Assembly: GCA_028534125.1 (NCBI GenBank)
Contig: CM052817.1
Location: 103,542,001 to 103,606,000 of the forward strand
Reading direction: 5' to 3'
DNA: 64,000 nucleotides
Origin: Lama glama
Taxonomy: Eukaryota
The position numbers and the translations under genes were made by a program. The notes beneath the pieces are model-generated. The model did no database searches and was not told where the DNA came from. It was given only the letters and a program-made list of their open reading frames with translations. Shown here one piece after another: positions 25,580 to 39,081 of this stretch (position 1 is its first letter; each line of letters opens with the position of its first letter).

Positions 25580-27180
25580 TGTTCATGTGTTGGAAAACTT
25601 AATTGTCAAGATGACAGTACTTCCCTGCAGATTAAACGAAATGCTATTCAAGTCACAGCTGGCTCCTTGTAGAAACTGACAAGCTGATATGGAAATTCAG
25701 GGGAACCAGAATAACCAAAACAATCTTGAAGAGCTACAAAATTGGAGGACTCACACATCCAGATTTAAAAACTTGCTACAATACTGCCATAATCAAGACA
25801 GTATAGGATTAGTTCAAGGATTGACATATAGATCAATAAAACAGAACTGAGAGTCCAGAAATAAAACCTTACATTTGTGGCCAACAGATTTTTTACAGTA
25901 GTTCTAACATAATTCAATGGGGGAAAGGATAGTGATTCCAACAAATGGTGCTAGAACAACTGGATAACCACATGCAAAAGAGGCTGAAACCCTTCCTCAC
26001 ACCAAATACAATATGTAACTCCAAATGGATCATAGACATAAATGCAACAAAACTATAAAACTCTTAGAAGAAAATATAAATGTGAATATTTGTGATCGTG
26101 GGTTAGTCAGAGGTGTTTTAATATAACATCTAAAACACAAGCAACCAAAGAAAAAATAGACAAATTAGGTTTTAACAAACTATAAACTTTTGTGCTCAAA
26201 GGACAACACCAGGAAAATGAAAAGACTACCAACAGAATGGAAGAAACTAATTTGTAAATCATATATCCAATAAGGGCCTTGTATTCAAAATATATAAAGA
26301 ACTTTTACAACTCAAAAATAAAAAGACAAGTCAATTGGAAAAAATGTGCAAAGGATTTATATAGACATTTCTCCAGAGAAGATAGACAGATGGCTAATGA
26401 GCACATGAAAAGATGCTCAGCATCCTTAGTCATTAGGGAAATGCAAATCAAAATCACAATGAGACACCACTTCACATCCATTAGGATGACTATAAAAACA
26501 AGTATTGGTGAGGATGTAGAGAAACTGAAACCATTCTGTATTGCTCTTAGGAATGTAAATTGCTGCCATCACTGTGGAAAATAGTTTGGCAGTTCCTCAA
26601 TAAATTAAACACAGAATAACCATATAATCCAACAGTTTCACTCTTGGGTATACACCCAAGAGAACTGAAAGCATATGTTCAAGCAAAGACCTGTACACAA
26701 ACATTCAGAGCAGAATTATTCCTAGTAGCCAAATAGTGGAAACACTAGATGACTGGATAAATGAAATGTGATTTCTCTATACAATGGAATTTTATTCAGC
26801 CATTAAAAAAGAATGATTTCCTAATTCATGCTACTACATGAATGGGTCTTGAAAACATTAAGCTAAGCAAAAGAAGCCAATCACACAAGAAAAAAAACAC
26901 ATTGTAAGTCTATTTATATGAAATGTCCAGAATAGGCAAATCTATAGAAATCTATAGAAAGTAGACTAGTAGCTGCTTAGGATTAAAGAGTTGGGGAGAA
27001 GTGGGGAGGACCTGGTAATGGTATGGATTTTGTCTTATGGGGAGATAAAAAGGTACTAAAATTGATTATGATGATGGTAGCACAACTATTTGACTACAGT
27101 AAGAACCACCGAACTGTATAGTTTAAATGGGTACATTATATGGAATGTGAATTTTATCTCAAAAAAATTGTTTTAAAGTG
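25580..27180 (+). mobile_element. Old LINE-1 (L1M) ORF2 3' part and 3'UTR
   Basis: Decayed ORF2 motifs ([32 protein letters not shown] in ORF 26279-26584) with many stops. Confidence 0.9.
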
Positions 27181-28099
27181 CGTATCTTAGTGATTCTACT
27201 TCTAGACAAGTTTTGTAAGAAAGTAAGCATACAGGTGTTCAGATGTGCATACATGTTCAATGCACCATTGTTCAAAACAGTATAAATAAGTAAATAAATA
27301 TCCATCAACAGAGTTAAATATCCATTTAACAGAAGTTAAATGAAGGCTGTTCATACAATGAAAAAAAAAAGTCATACAGAATGACTGTCTCTGTATCTAC
27401 AAATAAGTACATCTAAGTTTAGCAAGATGTAATGAGGCAAAGTAGTAAGTGCATTCCACATGTGTTTACATAATATGTGTACGTATCATATATATAATTT
27501 TTGTATATATAAAAATGTTACTACAGGAGAAAAAGTGAGGGATAAGTATAAAGTTGAAAGCTCTAACACAATTTCAATGCGAACAAAATGTGAAATCTAA
27601 AGAACTCCAAAGTGACCCAAAAGTCACTCGGGCCAGTGTCATGAGAGACCTTCTATTTAATACACGTACACAGACATACACACTCATGCTCATACACACA
27701 CATACAAAGTGACAATTGATCAGAGCCTTGACTGAGTAGGAATAAACTTGATAAAGAGAAGGGAAAAAAGAATCCTAGATCCTAGGTAGAGAAAATAAAA
27801 TGTGTGAAAATTCTGAAGTAGAAAGGAATAGGACACATTTACAAACTCAACAGTTAGCTACAGGGAGTCAGACAGGGGTTGGGATGAGAGAGAAGTGCTT
27901 TTCCATGCCCAGTTTTGTGAGTTACATTAAGAATTTTATGTGAATCTCAAGTAGAATGAGAGATAACTAAAAGGCATTAAAGCAGCATGAAGCCATAAGA
28001 TGAGAAATGGATAAAACAGCAAAAGTAGATATGAGGAAGTTGGTGCAAGGCAGACAGTACGTAGGTGTGGGTGGTGGGAACTGAAGACGAAATAAGTTC

Positions 28100-28510
28100 A
28101 GAGCTGGAAGACTGAATTTACAAACGGACAATGGCTAGACCATATATTAAAATAGAATTCTGACCCACAAACTCTGTAACAATTGGCCCCACATGGTGAG
28201 AATTTGGTCAATAACTGTCAGCTTCCCTAATATTTGCCCCTAATTCTAATTCAGGACTATCCAGAGAAAGCCATACAGGTTCCCCAAACCAATCACACAG
28301 GAAGCCCCACTTCTAGGTAACCTGCAATCAACTGTCCCTTACCAACAACCTGCAATCAAATTAGGTTTGAAGTTTTCCTTTTTTTTCTATGTGTTTTCCC
28401 ACTCTCCTGCCTCTCTTTAATCCTCTGTCAACGCAAGTGATGGTGACTCCCTTGCTACAGCAAGCTATGAATAAATAGGCTTTGCTTCTCATTTGGATTT
28501 TTTTTTTTCC
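28100..28510 (+). mobile_element. Old ERV1 LTR (MER34/MER39-like)
   Basis: tagaattctgacccacaa...cagcttccctaat...ccagagaaagcca...aaccaatcaca...aataaa; subfamily assignment from memory. Confidence 0.5.
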
Positions 28511-29605
28511 TGCAGAGTATTAGCAGTGTAAAGAGGTAATTGAATCTAAAGGAATGGTTGAAATAGAGCAGGAGAGAGTAAAGAAAAACCCTAGCATGCA
28601 AGTCGTCCCAAGTAAGATTAAGCCTGCCTAGGAGCCAGAGGGTCAGCTAAGAATTTAGCAGGAAAGTTTAAGTGTAGTATCCTAGAATTTAAGAGAGGGA
28701 TTTTACAGGCTGAGTCTTCAGTTGCTAAATTCTGCTGAGAAATCAGAGGGAAGGCCAAGAAAATGAAAATGATTGGTTATTTTAAAGAAATTGTAAGACA
28801 GATGAGAGTAGATTGAAATGTGAATGGAAAATAATGCATCGGAGACAAGGACAGAATCCTCGAGAGCTTTGACTGCGGAGTGTGTGCGTGTGTGTGTTTT
28901 ACTGTGTAGTCTTACCAGCATTTAAACCTGTGCTGACATGACAATCCAGAGGGCAAGAGAGAATGAAGACAAAGTGTATGTGGCAGTTTTAAGATTCCTG
29001 AGAAAGTGGGAAGGGAGGGGGGGGGTCCACTCATGGATGGAGGCATGGTCCCGCCTTCGTGGCACTCAGAGGAAGAGGGTCGGGGTGAGCAGAGTGGGAG
29101 GCGGGTGAGGTGGGCTTTATACTTGGGAGCTGAGGGATATACCATGTGATGACTTGCATTTTCTCTGTGACGTGAGGCAAGGCCCTCTGCTGAAAATGAG
29201 GAAGATAAGGGTCTAAAATTTGAGGTGCGTAGAAAAAGTTAGAAGCCGTTAAGGTGGAGCGTAAGGCAAGTTGACCACAGAAATGTAGGTTTGCTAGACA
29301 GCATGGGATTGGATGAAGAATTCAAAGGGTTTCCAATCTGACTTCTTGGGTATACTCCAGCAGCAGTACCATGCCTGGTTGAAGACTTTAGGATTCTTCC
29401 AGAACAGTGAGATGAAGATAGAGTGGCAGGAAACTTGTAATACTGGCAGCAATTATGGAGCTAATCACAGTCTTAGCAGGAGAAAAGGACCAATCAATGG
29501 TCAATGCTCTGGAAGGCTGAAGGGGCTGGAATAGTGACAGTGGCTGACCAAGCTCCTGGCATGACCATGGGTGTGCAGGTGGACATGACCATAACCATGA
29601 CCCCG

Positions 29606-29730
29606 TGGAGGAGATATAGCTCAAGAGAGTGATACTTAGCCTGCATGAGGTCCGGAGTTCAATCCCCATTATCTCCTAAATAAATAAATAAATGGAATTA
29701 CCCTAAAAAAGAACCAAAAACCCCAAAAAT
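29606..29730 (+). mobile_element. Vic-1-type SINE (degenerate)
   Basis: tatagctcaag...cttagcctgcatgaggtccggagttcaatcccc followed by (taaa)n. Confidence 0.8.
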
Positions 29731-30367
29731 AGTCATTGAATTATACACCTGAAATTAGTGGATTGCATGATATGTAAAATATGCCTCAACAGAGGCATAT
29801 GTTGAAAAAAAAGAAATGTAGAAAGCACAAGATACATGGTTTGCATGATTAATTATTTTACTTACAAATATTTATAAATAATCTGAGTGGTAACAAGTAA
29901 ACTATCAAGGATTTTAACTGTAAATTAGCAATATTCTGAGGAATTGTAGACACGCTTACAAGATTTTGACTGTGTCTGGTGACAACTGCGTATAATTTGT
30001 TAAGATCAGGAAGTTTAGAACTCATCTAACATTCTGATATTATTGGTATTGCGGAGGGAATTGTGGCGTTCAATACCACACATCACTATTAAAAAAAAGA
30101 TACATCCAAGAATGAAATGTACTGAAGAAGTTAATAACAGGTGATTTTGTTTTTCTCAAGTCACCTAAAAAATAAAAATAAATAAAATAAATATTCTCTT
30201 GCTCTTATCTAAGATTAATCAATTTTTCAAATATATTACTGCCCTGTAATAATACAGTTAACCTGCTATCACTACATCACTAATTGAATACTTAACTGAG
30301 AACAAACAGAAAATTTATGCTACAAAGAAATTTTAGATTCCTGAAAATGACAGCGAACAGCTACTTT

Positions 30368-30473
30368 TTTTTTTTTTGGTGAGGGGAAGTAATTAGGTTT
30401 TTTTTTTTTTTTGGAGGAGGTTCTGGGGCTTGCTAAGCATGCACTCTAACGCCTGAGCTATTCCCTTCCCCGA
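30368..30473 (-). mobile_element. Vic-1-type SINE with target-site duplication
   Basis: 13-bp direct repeat gaacagctacttt at 30355-30367 and 30474-30486. Confidence 0.85.
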
Positions 30474-31027
30474 GAACAGCTACTTTAAGTAAATATCTGC
30501 AAAAAGAATTATTACACACTTTGTAATGAGAAATCAGTCTCCAAAGTGAAGAAAACTCTGAAATGAGGCTTTAGTCCATCATATACATATTTCGTATAAG
30601 GGAATATACATTTATTATAATAATATACAAAACAGCTATATTTTTATGCATTTATATATTCAATATGTTATAAATATTACCATTAAGGCATTATGGTCTT
30701 TATAGAAAAGTTTTATTTCATCAGTAAATTAGGGATTTTTCTTTAACATGGTCTTTGGATGCTGGACTATGTTTAATTGAGAAAACAGTAATTTTCTATA
30801 TTTTGTTCAGTTTTAAGCAAGACATCCCACAGATATTACAGTCCATGCAGGAATCCCCTATACTTAAAGCTGCTCTCAGGCTGCTCATACACTATAAAGG
30901 TTTATAATCTAAACTTTAGGGGATGTCTGGTCTTCAGGGAGCCCATATTCCAATGCTGATAAAACTTGATGAAGTAAAGTAGAATATGATAAATGGCTTT
31001 AAAAAACCTACAGATAAAAATGTAGTG

Positions 31028-31155
31028 CGGGGGGAAGGTATAGCTCATTGATAAAGTTCGTTCAACCCCCAGTCCCTGTGTTAAAATAAACAAACAACCT
31101 AATTACGCCCCCCCAAATAAAACAACAACAACAAAAACAACAACAAATAAAAATA
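31028..31155 (+). mobile_element. Vic-1-type SINE (internally deleted)
   Basis: ggggaaggtatagctca...gttcaacccccagt...aacctaattac..ccccc plus A-rich tail. Confidence 0.75.
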
Positions 31156-31633
31156 CAGAGATTGTTAAGAGTGGAAGATTATTTTAAGCTACTTGGATCA
31201 GGGCAGGTCTCATACAGAAAATGGAATCTGAAGAGAACCCTGGGGGAGGGGAGGGGTTTCAGCTTGGTGAGATGAGGGAAGGATTTCTGGAAGAGGAAGC
31301 ACCTTCCAGAACAGCACAGACGTAGGGAATCGAGAGTTCAGTTTGACAATTAATATCAGGAAATAAAGCTGAAAATGTGTGTTGGGGCCTGATGGTAGTA
31401 ATTCCTGAATGCTAAGATAAACGTTTAATTGTATTCCATTCAGCAAGGTTTATGGAGTGCCCAGGCACCTTTTTCAGCTGAAGATACAAAGATAAATAAA
31501 TACAAGCCACCATCGAGAGTTTAGCTCAGCTACTCCATGATATTGCTGCCAGGTGTGTGCTTTATGTGGCCCCCCAGCCCCTCCTGCACATGCCCTGGAG
31601 AGCAGTGCAGGGTCACAAGCAAATGGAAGTTCC

Positions 31634-32713
31634 TGATGTGACACACCCGCTCGACAAACAGCCCTTGTGACCAAGAGTCTCCCTGCCTCCCAGGCCCTGT
31701 TTACCTAATGTGCCCCTTAGATAAGACTCCCTGGGGCTGACCAAAACCATAACTCTTTTGGTTTGAAAATGAGACAGGAGGGAAGGGGGCAGGGCACAGC
31801 CATTCAAGGAATGACAGCAGTTAACACCAGGATGGTGGAGGATTCAACTCCCAGTTGGCCTTGAGGATTAAGATGGTGGGAGGTTTGACTTCTAGTAGAC
31901 CTTGAGCTTCATTATATGCTCATTGTAACATATTAACATGGTGAATAACATGCTCACAGGCGCCATGATAGCCCCAAGACTAACCGCAAAAGGCCAAAGA
32001 ATGTGTGGTGGCCCAGTTCCTGGGAGTCCCAGCCCCTCTCCCAGGGTAGTTGGCGTGTGAAGCTACTGAGCCCATAAAAACAGGTAACACCATGCCTGGC
32101 CTCCCTTTCTCACTCTCTCCTCTTCAGAGACGGCCAGCACTCTAAGAGCAGAAGAGAATAACCTTTGTTTTGTTGGAGGTTTAGCAGGACACCATGACTT
32201 AGCCCACAGGGATGGCTGCAAGAACAAAGAACGCCTGCAGCAAGAAGGTTACAGCAACCAACCACACCCCCTCCCTTATTTGCTGTATAAAAGGAGCCTG
32301 TATTCTGACTAGAGCAGGATGGTCCTCCAAGACGTTAGTCTGCCATCTTCTCGGGCTGCCAGCTTTCCAAATAAAGTCGCTATTCCTTGCCCCAGCACCT
32401 CGTCTCCCAATTTATTGGCCTGTCGTGCAGCGAGCAGAATGAGTTTGGATTTGGCAACATAAGAAGTGTGTACCTATTTTTACCTTAATGTGAGCACCCA
32501 CCCACTCCCACACCTTGTGGCTTTCGAAACAGCCTGCACTCTACGCAGTATGTACGTCTCTAAATAAATCTACCTTTACTCAACGGTGGCTCACACTCGA
32601 ATTCTTTCCTGCATGAAGCCAAGGACCCACACTTGGCGGGGCACGTCGCAGGGGCTCAATCGAAGCCTGGGACACGGCCCTCCTCATGCCCCACATCCGT
32701 TTTTCCTGCATCA
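31634..32713 (+). mobile_element. Solo ERV LTR containing a nested partial family-A LTR (32147-32459)
   Basis: Near-inverted termini tgatgt...gcatca; flanks agttcc/agttca; own AATAAA near 32563. The internal block matches the 3' half of the family-A LTR. Confidence 0.75.
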
Positions 32714-34199
32714 AGTTCACCAATATGGCTCCAGCCCTGGAACCCAAAGCGCTCCACCCACAGGGCCTTTATAAGGCACATACCCCAGGTCCTGGCTGTC
32801 GTCTGCACACTGCCTTCTTCCCAGGGGGCCCCTCCAGGCATGCCGGCTACCTCCTCCAAGACCTGTAACAAACTTCTCTATTTCAACTTACCAGCGGCTG
32901 AAAAAAGGCTTACTGTTCTGCTCCACTTCACAAATGTTAATTTAACAAAGTCTGGACCCCTGCACTACGCCTTCAGAGAATTTTCAGGAAAGAGGGGAGG
33001 AACCCCATTAGCGGACATATGATTACCATGCAGTGAGTTCAGTACTTGCACAGAAGTGTGCAAATGGTGCTGAGAACAAAAAATGGGCATCTAATATTGG
33101 TAGGGGTATCAAAATCAGGGAAGGTGTCTTGACGGATGACTTGATAGTGAGGGGAGAGAGTAAGGAAAGGACCCTGCAGGCAGAAGTGTAGCTTGAGGAT
33201 TGGCAAGAGGTGAAGGATGGACTGACATGAAAGTAATGGTAACCACTCTAGCTACTGTGTGTTTATCACCTACTATGTGGTAGCTATGGCGATGATAAGG
33301 TAAACACCATTACTAGCTCCACCTCACAGATCTGGAAGGGGAGGGAGGCTTACAGAAGATAAGTAACTTACCAATGATCAGCAGCGAGTCAGCCGTGTGG
33401 CCAGAGCTAGAATCCAGGCAGCCCAGTCTTAACTCTCCTCCCCTCGGAGAGAGGGCAGGGGAGAAGAGGCGGGGCTGGGCAGGGGCATTTTGTAAGGTGG
33501 TCCTTGCTAAATGATGGGCGTTCTCACTGTCCTGAAGGCCTCAGAGACAGTGGAGGATTTTAATCAAGTGATCATGATCGGATTTACAGTTCAAAAAGAT
33601 CAGATGCTAAAACAAAAAAATGGACTTTCCGGAACCAGTGCTGGAGGCTGGAGTGATCAGGTGTGGAGGTGGTGCTGGAGAGACATGATGGCACCAAGAC
33701 AGTAGTAACAGAGATGAAAAGAGGAAGCAGGGGGTCAGGTAGAAGGGGCAGGCCTGGGCAACCAAAAAGAACTGAACACTAGGGCACCGTGCTCAGAAAC
33801 TTCTGCTGGGACAGGAACATGGGTGTTTCACCGCACAGGGCCTAATATATAGTAAACATCTAGTACATGATGGCTTTATAATCATCTTCCAGGTTTTGAG
33901 AACACAGGAGAAATACTTGAGAGAGAGGAATTAAAGACTTTACTTTCAGGTATTCATTCAATCACGCATCAAATATCTCTGGAGGGCTGACGACAGAGTC
34001 ACTGGGCACATAGATGGGATCAAAGCAAAGTCCCCATTATCCTGGCACTTACGTTCTAATGGAGAGAGGCAGACACTAAACAAACAAGAAAGTAAACATA
34101 TGTTCCGTCACATGGCGTTAGGTGTTATGGAGAAAAATAATCCAGGAAAAGGAAAACAGTATCGGGTAGGGGAAGGAACTGTTCTTTTTTTCTTAAAGA

Positions 34200-34783
34200 T
34201 GTTGAAGGAGGGTTAATAGTGGCCGCACTTAGGCTAACAGATGGCTTATTCTTATGCTCGCCCTTGAAACGGTCGACTAATCTGACTGACCGGTTGCTGC
34301 TCACAGTCCCAGGCCCGCTGTTAAAACTAAAGCTATTGATCTTACTGCTTCTGCTTTATTCCAGTAATCAAAAGCAATACTCATACTTGGTTTCTGAGTT
34401 GTTCTCAGGGAGGTCACAGAACTGTAACCTTACGAAGTAGGCCAAACACCCAGAAGACCACGCCCTGGGCGCTTGTGAGATAAAGAGATGGAAAGAGTGA
34501 CAACTGCTGGCGTCTATAGAATCGGTCACCTGGAGGCATCATGACGCCATTCTAAGTCTTCTGCTGAGAAAATGATTGTTGATTGTTATCAGTACTTCAT
34601 TGTTTGAGCTATGGCTATATAACCGCCCCGCCCCATCCCCAAGGAGGGTTCACAGTTTTAAAGGCACCAGCCTGCTGCAAGCCCCCTTTGCCCGGCAAAG
34701 CAATAAGGCTGCCTCTTTTCTTCTGAGACCCAAGACCTGGTCTTGTTATTTGGCTTGTCAGGGACGGGGGCCATCTTTCAGCA
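34200..34783 (+). mobile_element. Solo ERV LTR
   Basis: tgttga...tcagca termini; TATA-like ctatataa near 34615; degenerate poly-A signal caataagg near 34701. Confidence 0.65.
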
Positions 34784-34794
34784 AGAATGTGACC

Positions 34795-35745
34795 CTTCTT
34801 TTTTTAAATTTTATGTAATCTTTTTAGTTTTTTGGGGGGGTGGTAATTAAATTTATCTTACTTTATGCTGGGGATTGAACCTAGGACCTCAAGCATGTGC
34901 TCTACCACTTGAGCTACACCCTCCCCTCCGGCCCTGTTTTAAGACTTTATTTTGGTACTGCTGTTTTGCCAGCAGGGAAGTCCTTCCTGATGGCATCTAT
35001 GGTATTGGAACAGAGAGTCGAGTTACAGGAGTAGCTGTGTGGAAGCCGTGTCGGCGACATGCTCGTGCACTGTGGCCATGGGCTTCCAGAATCTGCAGGG
35101 CAGCAGAGGTGATGCCAGGTTGGCAGCTGAACACCCCGTACGGGTCCTAAGAGGAAAAGTATCTCTTATTCCAGAGATAGCCAGACGGAAGCATGCTGTC
35201 ACTGAAACCAAGGAAATTCATTCTATGTTTTTCTTTTTTTTAATTAAAAAAAAAATTTTAGTTTTTTCTTTTTTGGCGGCGGGGTTGGGGGGGATTAGGT
35301 TTATTTGAGGTACTGGGAATTGAACCCAGGACCTAGTACATGCTAAGCATGCGCTGTAGCACTTTGAGCTCTACCCTCCCCCCTCATTGTACCTTTTGAC
35401 CCACAGAGACAACTGATGTGTTCACTGGATTTCAGAAGGAAGTCACTAGGGAACTTTCCCTGGGAAGCAGCATGTTGAAGACAGACGGGAGGAAACAAGT
35501 CACCAGAGTGCACTACGAGGTCAATGGTGCACCTTTTTTCTTTTCTTTTTTTTCCTAAGATGAAATAGATCAGTTTGGGTTTGTTTTTTTGTTTTTTGTT
35601 TTATGTTTTCCTTTTGTGTGTGGGTGGGGGGGTAGGTAATTAGGTTTATTTATTTATTATTATTTTTTAATGGAAGTACTGGGGATTGAACTCAGGACCT
35701 CGTGCATGCTAAGCACATGCTCTACCACTGAGCTATCCCTCCCCC
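34795..35745 (-). mobile_element. Cluster of three Vic-1-type SINEs (about 34795-34930, 35230-35383, 35575-35745)
   Basis: Each shows tactggggattgaac(c/t)caggacct...gctaagca...tgagcta.accctcccc preceded by a T-rich tail. Confidence 0.9.
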
Positions 35746-38700
35746 TGAAAGAGATCAGTTTTGACATCTTGAACATTCTGGGGAAGCGAGTCATTTCTGG
35801 ATCACGGTGCTTGAGGTGTGGAGAGAGTAACCACGCCCAAGAGAGGAATCTCTTAATGGAAGACTAGGAAGGCAAAATAGGAGAAGTGTTGCAGATGAAG
35901 ATGTTTGTAGTTTGAGGGCAGTGTCTGATTTTGAAGCTTAATTATCTCCATTTTCTCTGGGAACAGGAATTATCTCTTGCTGTGAGTTGGATGAGGGGGT
36001 TAGAAAGTTTAAGGAAACTGGAGGTCATTAAAGGTTTGAAATACAGCTGAATGGAAATCGGAGGTGCATCAAAGAAGAGTTAACTTCCCAAGAGCCCTGC
36101 TAAAGGTGGTGATGATGTGCTCCACTGAAGTGGAGGTTCTGGGTGCAGCGTTGGCTTTCAGTTAAGCCAAAGAGGCAGAATGGAGTGAGAAGGGCCAGGA
36201 CACCAGGACAGTTGAGTAAAGATTTTGGAGACAGAACAGAGGTTTGATCAGGGGGGTCAGAAGCCCATGACTGTAAGGGGGTAAGATTCAGGCAGAAAAT
36301 AGACAACCAGAATCATTTACATTTGAATGGCAATCAAGGGTGATAAGAGAGTATTAACTGGTCTCAATTTAAGCTCATGTATTGAAAGGAACCTTTACCA
36401 AAAACATTTTCATAGCCGTTATCTCTGGGAAATGAAAATGAGGTAGGGTGACAGACTTTTACTTTGGACTTGACATTCTCCTAGACTGTTAGAAAAAAAT
36501 GTCCTACCGTGAACATGTATTATAATAATTATTAAAAAGCTGGAAAGAATACATGTTAGCAGAGTGTGTAGTTACCAGGAGAGCGTATTTATAAATAAAA
36601 TCGAGGCTGTAGTGAGACAATACTGTTGGAACAGGACAGCATTAGCACCAAAGCCCCTACCTCATTTCCGCTCTCCTTCTCACACCGACCTATAAGCTTG
36701 GGTTTCACCCTTCTCTTGCTTTCCTTCACTCTAACCACTGAGGGCTGAAGGTGACACCAAAATATTTGTGAGAAAAAAGAAGCACGAAGAAAATTAATTT
36801 TACACAGCATAGATTTTCTATTTAACTACCTCAATCGTTAGGAAATCTCACTGAAGATCTTTGACAAGGGCTCTGGGAGAAGGAAAAATTGACAGAGTAA
36901 AGGTAATAGGGCTTTCCCATCCTAAACCACACTAAAGGGTTAATCTGTAAAACTTCAAAGTCAACTGTTTACTTTACCTATCCTTTTACCTTCCTTGACC
37001 CTAACTGAGTCAAGTAACTTGTGATTTTTATCTAAAGCATGTAGGAAACAGAGGGGGCAAATGAACAGGAGGTTCTGCGCCAGAGTTCTAACACCTGCGT
37101 TTACAGTGCTTTTATCCAGTTGTCAAAGTACCTGGTCGCAAGACATATTAAAAATGTGCAAGTATTTACGACAGTGAGAATCACGCTATCAAACCTGAAA
37201 GTAGCATTTTGCTGGCTGAGCAAGATCTTGGGAAACTATCTTAACCTTTATTTTGCACTGGCTTTTTATACTATCGCTGGATTCTAAAATGTGACTTCTA
37301 CACATTCTTTAAAAAACTGTTAACTGGAATGCAGGACTGGTCTAAACACTGAGAAAATGGATGCTGTAACCTGAGCCATTCTTTAAAAGGATTACCCAAC
37401 TTTTGTAAAGGATTGCTGTTCTTAACAGACTTATGTGGCTTTGACTCAAATTTCCCTTTGGTTTACAAATTTGGTTTACAGGTCAAAATTTTCCTTAGCT
37501 TTGACAATTCAAATGTCCCTAGTCTATCTTGTTTACTGGCAGCAGAGTTTTTATGGCAGGTGGTTTGTGGAGAAAACCAATATAACCTGTGGCCGACTAA
37601 GGGCTTTTGTTCACATTTGTGAGGTATCTTTCCCTGCATATGCAGGAATTCCCTCGCTACTGCAAGATGCCTCTTTTGTTATCTGTGGAGGGGGGCTGGA
37701 GAAATCTTGAACTTCTCCACCCATCCTAAGCACAGATTTTATCATTATTTACATAACAGACTGAAATGCATTATCTACACATACCAAAGGATGTTTTTCA
37801 CATATAAAATCCTTTTAATGCATGTTTGAGTCCCTATTAATTGGCTTCTCAAGAACTTTTTTATTGTATCTTACTGGATTCCTCCACCAAATTTATTTTT
37901 CATGTTTTACTAGCAAAAACAAATTTGTTACAGATACAGGCATAGAGAACTTGGCTTTTTGTCTTGGTTCTCGTAATAAATGCTTATTACTGAACTGTTC
38001 TTCCTTCATCTGCTGTCCGACGCCAGGTGTTCACTGGCTGGAAAAGCGCGTATTAAAACAGGCACAGAAACCATTCTTCCCTCTGAATGAAAAGTGCCAT
38101 AAATACCCCAGTCCACAGGCCAACTCAATACACGAATTTAGCCATTGCCTATGTTCTGTTAACCAGCTGAAGGATATTTCTATGACTTTTTTTTTTTAAA
38201 GGAAGATACATTTCATATAAATTAAAGAGCTTAAAATCATTACAATGGAATGTCTAGTTCCTTATTTTTTACTATGAAGTAACTTAAACAGGTGTTTGAA
38301 GTTAGTTGATTCAAGCAGTATTCCTGGTGGTGGTGGTGGTGTAAAATCATTGCTTTTTCCGTGAATGTTAAAAAGAGGGGAAAATGCTATTCAGAATTTA
38401 TCCTTAAAGATGCAACCATCCAGACCAATTCTACTAGTGAAGCTGGAAAGCTGCCATGTCAGTAATATTAAGTTGATTTTACATATTAAAAGAAATGTTT
38501 TCAGAAAAAATGAACTACTAAGTATTGAGGCTAATACATCATCCATTTGGTGATATTGGGCAAATGTGTCCAAAAAATTTTTAGCACACAGTGGTCTTGA
38601 TGGGAAATGTGCTTGTTCTGGAAAACATAGGGAGCTAGTCAGTGTTTTTCAAAACTCATTTTTAAAGATACCTTTATAATTAAATTCTCCTAGTGCTTGG

Positions 38701-38992
38701 TTCTTCACTTATGAAAATTCTCAAGCACATACAACAATATTAATCCTCATATAGCTATCATTCAGATTCAACAACTACCAAGATTTTCCTCATCTGTTCC
38801 ATTAAATGATGAAAGTAATTCCCAAACATCATTTCATGTCACTGTTACTATGCCAGCTGTGAGTATGCGTTTCTGAAACAGACATCACTGTCAAGCCATG
38901 ATCACACATGCAAAATATGAATAAACATTCTCAGGGATATCTAATCTGGAACATTGCCCAAATGCAGTAAAACTCTTTCTATCAGAAGTACC

Positions 38993-39081
38993 TCAGGGGA
39001 AGGGGACTCGTGAATGGAGGGGTATACATCTCCTCTGAAGACAGTTGTATCTGGGCAGCTTTCTTCTCATTGCCAAATTAG
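38993..39081 (-). CDS. APELA: APELA (Elabela/Toddler) coding exon 2; exon spans 38992-39081
   Basis: Acceptor tttttttcccctgcag|, then phase-1 frame (A)NLAMRRKLPRYNCLQRRCIPLHSRVPFP-TGA, one G, and donor gtactt at 38991. The C-terminus RRC.PLHSRVPFP is the Elabela signature. Confidence 0.97.

Noticed and set aside
27295..27342. Imperfect tandem duplication of about 22 bp (aaatatccat..aacaga.gtta)
   Set aside because: Two copies only, within decayed L1-like sequence; not an array.
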